From the NCBI RefSeq assembly GCF_009914755.1, contig NC_060933.1: 64,000 nucleotides of DNA; one strand, 5' to 3'. A program made the translations under genes and the position numbers. The DNA is from the human T2T-CHM13v2.0 reference genome, Homo sapiens. This document shows positions 57,964 through 64,000 of the stretch, piece after piece (the stretch's first letter is position 1; every line of letters begins with the position of its first letter). The notes under the pieces were generated by a model. The model did not search any database, had not been told where the DNA came from, and saw nothing but the letters and a program-made list of their open reading frames with translations.

Positions 57964-58317
57964 TGATGTGGTTTGGCTGTGTCCTCACCCAAATCTCACC
58001 TTGAATTGTGATAATCCCCACATGTCAACGTTGGTGCCAGGTGGAGATAATTGAATCATAGGGGCAGTTTCCTCCATATTGTTCTCATGGTAGTGCATAA
58101 GTCTCACAAGATCTGTTGGTTTTATCAATGGGTGTTCCCCTGCACAAGCTCTCTTGCCTGCCACCATGTAAGATGTGATTTTGCTCCTCATTTGCCTTTC
58201 GCCATGATTGTGAGTCCTCCCCAGCCATGTGGAACTGTGAGTCAATTAAACCTCTTTCCCTTATAAATTACCCAGTCTCAGCTATATTTATTAGCAGCAT
58301 GAGGACAGACTAATACA
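57964..58317 (+). mobile_element. THE1B/C solo LTR inserted in a MIR
   Basis: TGATGTGGTTTGGCTGTGTCC ... ACAGACTAATACA. Perfect TSD CTTGT. Confidence 0.93.
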
Positions 58318-58895
58318 CTTGTGAATGGGAATAATAGAAGCATCTGCTTCATAGGATTGTTGTGATGATCAAATGCAATGATTTATGCAAAGCGCTTAGG
58401 ACTGTGCCTTGCATATGTTGGCTGCCAGTGTCTGGGATTTTAATCCAGGCACTTGGACTCTAGAACCATTATGTTCTGCTGCAAAAATAATTCTCCCAGG
58501 TGCAGAAACAATAACATTTGAACTGAGTCTTCAAAGGACAGTCAGTGGCTTGGTTCTAGCAGTCTAGTTCTAGCTCAGTCAGGAGAGCCACATTTAATAA
58601 TTCAGTTGTAAAGAGGTAGAGTCACCTTTTTCATCTCTTCATAATCGTCTCAAGTACTGGGACTTTGGGTCCTTAGCATCTCTGGATTTCTTCCATCCAG
58701 AAGACATTTAATGTATTTCCTTATAAGATACAGGGACATTCTGCCAGCCATGAAAGTAGTTATCTACGCCTTATTTATTGAAAGATTTTTCTTTTTTGAG
58801 GAAATGGCAAAATTGTACTTGACTGTGTGTTGACAAATTGATTTTTCTTTTAAGATTCAGCAATATGAACATAGACCAATCTCTCCACTTTTAAG

Positions 58896-58901
58896 ACACA
58901 C

Positions 58902-58940
<39 letters not shown>
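58896..58940. repeat. (CA)n microsatellite
   Basis: About 22 AC units with two TA interruptions. Confidence 0.97.
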
Positions 58941-58941
<1 letters not shown>

Positions 58942-59055
58942 CCCAGGAAATGCTGCATACCTTCAAGGAATGTAGTGGAACTACTACGTATGGAAAGCCT
59001 AAGCTTTGCCTTCAACTAAAATTTTCAACTAAATTTTTAAATATTCCTTAAAAAA

Positions 59056-59590
59056 GAACTAAAAATAGAACTACTGTTTGACCCAGCAATCCCACTGTTG
59101 GCCATCTACCCAAAGGAAAAGAAATCATTATATGAGAAAGACGCCTGCACTGTTCACAATAGCAAAGTCATGGAATCAACCTAAGTGCCCATCAATGGTT
59201 GACTGGATAAAGAAAATGTGGTATGCCATGGGATACTATGCAGCCATAAAAACAGAATAAAATAACATACTTTGTAGTAACAAGAATGGAGCTGAATGCC
59301 ATTATCTAAGTGAAATAACTCAAACAGAAATATCAAATACCACATGTTCTCACATATAAGTGGGAGCTAAACAATGGGTACACATGGACATAAATAGAAA
59401 CAATGGACATTGGGGACTCCAAAAGGAGGGAGATTGGGAAGGGGGTGAGGATTGAAAAATTACCTTGAGTACAATAGTCACTATTTTAGTGCTAAGTACA
59501 CTAGAAGCCCAAACCACGCAATTATACAACATATCCGTTTAATAAAACTGCACAAGTTACCCCTGAATCTTAAAATCAAATTTCAAAAAG
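59056..59590 (+). mobile_element. L1PB/L1MA 3' end
   Basis: GACCCAGCAATCCCACTG..TGGATAAAGAAAATGTGG..CCCCTGAATCTTAAAA. TSD TATTCCTT(A/T)AAAAA. Confidence 0.88.
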
Positions 59591-62500
59591 TATTCCTTTA
59601 AAAATACATTTGTCAAATATTTTGTTGGCAGGAATCCTTGAAACCTGTTTCAATAGACAAAGTCCTATTGTTTTCTAACACAATTAAACAGAAGTTTACT
59701 TGTATCGTGTGTATTGAAGCAAAATTATAACCTAAACTTATTATTTAGGGTAGGCAAATTTAGAAGCACTTGTCAAACTAGTAACAATGCAATAAGATAA
59801 AGAGTAAAAATAAGGGAAGTACAATTGATATTTGTATTGCAGAAAAGCCTTATATGGTATAGCTAGGCTATTTAAGTCCTAAGGTTTGTCACTTAGGCAA
59901 AGGTTATCATAAATGTATTTCCATTAAAGAATGGATATTAATAATTGTTGAGCATAGTTCAGTAAGATGGGCATGATTATTTCTAATAGATGGTGGGATT
60001 TAAAATTGTGAGATTCGATATTACTTTTCTAAGATGGTAAGACCAGGATTTGAACTTGAGTTGATTTGCAAATCTACACTTACTGTGCTATCTGTTATAT
60101 TGCGTACTAAGCAGTACAGACCATGTTTGAACCCATGTCCCCTTATTTGACAGCCTATATGATTGTACAGCAGTTCATTGCTTTTCCATAAGTTTATCTA
60201 TTTTGACTCTCTGAGCTTTATTCTTTGGAGATAGTCAATTGCTACATTTCCTTTATATGGAAGGCAGGCATCCAAGAGATGTAATTTGAAGCCAAGACTT
60301 TCATGCTCAATTTAGATCGTTTCTCTAATACATACCATTATGGTACAGATCTCTGCAAACTAAATAAAAATAATTCTAAGTTCCTACTCCGGACCTACTG
60401 GCTTACTCAATAGGTGATTCATCCATATTCTAATACAGCTAAACAAGAGGGACAGTCCATTGGATTTTTAAACATTTAATAATAGAACTTCCATACTCAC
60501 ACCCCTGCTGCTATGTAGAAATAAAAATCCTCATTTGATATATCTGTGTGTCGAAAGGTACAAGAGAGGCAGCATGTTATCTTCAAAAGAATACTGGAGG
60601 TCTGCCTTCTGCTCCTGCCTGGCTCAAGGGGATTTTGAAAATGGCCTGCTGTTTATGGAGTAGGAGTCAAAAAACACAGGTTTTATTGGCCCTGGATTTG
60701 CCAATTGGGCAAGTCTCTCAATTTCTCAGAGCCCCATTCCTTTGCTGGTAAAATGTGGTTGATCCTTTCTGCCCTGCCTGCCTCCCAGGGAGGTAATGAG
60801 GATCGAATGAGAGTGTGCACATGAAGGGCTGCACAAGCTTAAAATGTAATGATGATGCTGCTGGGAGGGGAGTCTCCTAATCTAACGAGGTGTGCTTGTC
60901 CTTCACGTACCCTCTCACCTTCCTCCCCCTTGCTTCCTGCTTCTTCATAGCATTTTCTCCCTTTCCTTTCCTCACTTTTATCCTCCGCCTCCTTTGCTCC
61001 CTCCTGCTGGAGTTTATGACCTAGGCTAATGAGACAAATATGGCTCCTCACATCAAGGGTGGGGAATTAAGGCCTGGTTATAGCCCAATTTAATTTTCAT
61101 GATCTCTTGAACAAGTGAAGGAATGCTTGGGAAACAGGCTGCTCTTGGCCTGATGCCGGCCCAGCTCGAGTCGGGGCAGCCGTTACCCATACTAGCGCAT
61201 CGCACTCCTGGTAGACATTTCAATTAAAAGTCATTACCCTTCCTTCCATGCCTGCCTCGGCAGAGGCTGCCGCCAGCCCTGGGTTTTAGTCCCAGCTCTT
61301 CCACTTAGCAAACAACCTTGAACGAGTCATTTAATTTCTCTAAGCCTTAATTTCCTTACTTATAAAATGGGGATATTAATGATATCTGTTTTGCTTTTCA
61401 CACAGGACTGTTTTAGGGGCTGCATTAAATCAGGTGATTTCAGACTGGCAATTCTGTATTATGATTTTTTAATTAAATAACATGCCTGGGTGTTCATATT
61501 TTAAAAGAACTCTTTCAAGTCAGTATTTTCAAGGAATATTTTTGGATAGCGTATTTGCCTTTTCTAGCTCTCCTGTGATTATCTGAGATATAGAATAAGC
61601 ACTTTTACAAGACTCTTAAGAAGTTTAATAAAGTTAAAATACTATATATTCCATATGTAGAGTGCTAAGTCTGAAAAGTAGATTCTTATAGAAGTTAGAA
61701 TTCCATACAAACTTGCTATTTCTCTGCCCTGCAACCAGAGACATGGTGCATTTTCCTGATAATCATGAGAGCCTTGGAAACACCTTTATTCCCATCTTTA
61801 GTCAGTCTCCCATCTTTTCTGGAATTTTCCTGTGTTCATAGAATCTTGCAAATGGCTGGGTTCCCTCTCTGGAATCTGTCTCATGTTTTTTTCCTGGACA
61901 CAGGCTGTAGCTCCCCAGTTGCTTGGCCAGTGTGCTCTTCACTTCTTGGGTACTGACCTGTTTCCTTTGTAGGCTGCTCTTTCTGCCAAGGGAAAGTTGC
62001 TGCAATTTTGTTTCTCCTCTTTCCTTTCTTGTACTAACTAAGGTTGAGGAGTCACTTTCTGTATCAACTAGGTCTTACCAGGACCTCTCTGTCCGCAAAT
62101 CCTCAATATTGACCTCTGTTTATCAATAAAATATAGTTTTGTTAGAAATATTTTCTCTAAAAATTGGTTTCAATGATATCATTAATAAGTTCTTCTCCTC
62201 TTCCTGTCCTCTAAATGCTTGCATGTCCCAGCACCCTGTCTTCAGCCCTTTTTTAATGTGTATTTACTTGCTGCATTATTTCTTCAGTCCAAATCCTCCA
62301 TAATTGAGGTAAGGGGATTCGGGGAATATGGTGATGTAAACATAACTCACTTTCCCTCCCTTCTGATTCCAAGAAAATTTGCTTTTTCTGAGCCAAGTAT
62401 GAACCAAGATCTTTCAGTAACTGGTATAGCTAGGGTTGCAGGCTCTTTTAACTTCCCTGAAAGGGAAATGAATGGGACTTCTTCTAAGTGCTGGGCACTC

Positions 62501-62672
62501 ACCCAGGGAGCAGCATCAGAGATTAAGTAGCATCAGAGATTAAGGATGACGATAGGAGAGTGCTGGGTCAGGAGGAGCCTTTGGACCCTAAAGGAAATCT
62601 AATGCTAATCCATGAGGGTGTGCTAATTTCCTTAACCTACAAAAGACCAAAAAGGAATTGAAAGAGCTGGTA

Positions 62673-62758
62673 AAATTTTTCCCTCTTTCCAGGTTGGAAG
62701 AGTTCTGGTAGAACTAAATTTTTCCCTCTTTCCAGGCTGGAAGAGTTCTGGTAGAACT
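62673..62758. repeat. 43-bp near-perfect tandem duplication
   Basis: AAATTTTTCCCTCTTTCCAGG(T/C)TGGAAGAGTTCTGGTAGAACT x2. Confidence 0.97.
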
Positions 62759-63194
62759 GATACTGAAGAGGCTACCCTAGCAGCCTTAGGGTGGTGGCTG
62801 ATACCCTGCCCTTAAACCACCGGCCTACAGGATAAAAGATACCTCAACCTTTTATTTCTCTCAGAGTCCCATCATTAAGAATATCTTAGCATTTAGACTT
62901 GATAGGCCCCAACAGTCGGAGAAGAGGAAAAGAGGAGAAGAGAATCACATTGAGCAATTAGGGCACAAACTTGGTGAAATAGAGCTACTGGGGGAGATGT
63001 CTGACTATCTGAGTGGAGAAAGGATGAGGGAAGAAACAAAATACAATATAGCCCTATTGGAACTTGATAACTACTTGATTTTTGAGCTAAAATCTTTGCT
63101 ATTTGAGAATGATCAATTTGAGGTCCAAATTTGTGATATGAAGAAGTAAGTACAAGAATATCTAATCTAATGTCTTGTAAATACAAGAATATCT

Positions 63195-63445
63195 AGTGTA
63201 GTAGTGTGATCATGGCTCACTGCAGCCTTGACCTCCCGGACTCAGGTGATCCTCCCACTTTAGCATCCTGGATGGCTGTGACTACAGGCACATATCACCA
63301 TACCTGGCAAACTTTTTTTTTTTTTTTTTGTAGAGATGAGGTTTTGCCATGTGGCCCAGCTAGTCTCAAACTCCTGGGCTTAAGTGATCTTCTGCTGTGG
63401 GCTCTCAAAGTGCTGGGATTACAGGCATGAGCCACTGTGCCAGGC
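63195..63445 (-). mobile_element. AluJ lacking its 3' end and tail
   Basis: GATCATGGCTCACTGCAGCCTTGACCTCC (J-type). No poly-T at the left end. Confidence 0.9.
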
Positions 63446-63449
63446 AAGA

Positions 63450-64000
63450 AACATGTATTTGATCTCTTCCCTCAGTTCTAGTATTTCATCTTCGACCTTG
63501 GTTCCTGACACAGAGCTCCTAAGATCTTTGTAATTTCCTACGTGTTAAGAGTGTCTGACAGAGCTCTGAAATCTCGGAATTCCCTGGGCAATGGGAGCAT
63601 CTTTTGTTTTGATGTGACTTGGTGGGCTTCTGGATAGCCTCAGAATGGGGTCTGGTTTTCAGGCGAACCAACCAAGTTATTAGAGGGTTGAAAGTTTCAG
63701 CCCCACTTCTGACCTTCAAGAAGCAAAGAGGAGGTTGAAGAGGAGTTGATCACCAATGGCCTATGTAATGAAACCTCTATAAAAAACCCAAAAGGATGGG
63801 GGTTTGGAGGAGCTTCCAGATAGCTGAACGTGTTGAGGTTCCTGGAGGGTGGTGAGCCTGGAGAGGGCATGGAAGCCCTGTGCCCCTTCCCACATGCTTG
63901 CTCTATGTGTTTCTTCATAATAGTCTTTGTGATAATGGGTGAACAAAAGTAAAACGTTTCCCTGAGTTCTGTGAGCTGCTTTAGCAAATTAATTGAACCG
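63450..64000 (+). mobile_element. MER21-family LTR (runs off window end)
   Basis: GTTCCTGACACAGAGCTCCTAA..., TTAGAGGGTTGAAAGTTTCAGCCCC, GAGAGGGCATGGAAGC, CCCTGAGTTCTGTGAGC. Confidence 0.85.

Overview
This window is primate (most likely human) AT-rich intronic or intergenic DNA made up mostly of interspersed repeats: Alus (J/S/Y, one with AluYd diagnostics), L1 (old L1M and primate L1PA), L2, MIR, CR1/L3, hAT and Tigger MITEs, and many solo LTRs (MER52, MLT1, MST, THE1, MER11C, MLT2A, MER21). I find no intact protein-coding gene, RNA gene or CRISPR-like system. The listed ORFs are almost all repeat-derived or chance. The main non-repeat discovery is a heavily decayed, 5'-truncated processed pseudogene of PABPC4 (minus strand, ~38775-40780). 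It is nested in an ancient L1M, split by a ~0.7 kb insertion, and preserves a specific splice isoform. Other points of interest: all three primate L1PA insertions are 5'-inverted (twin priming), there is a perfect palindromic RFX X-box module at ~8.0 kb, and several well-formed minus-strand candidate exons may belong to a host or lncRNA transcript. Repeat family names are recognised from memory of consensus sequences, not from a RepeatMasker run. Boundaries of old elements are approximate.
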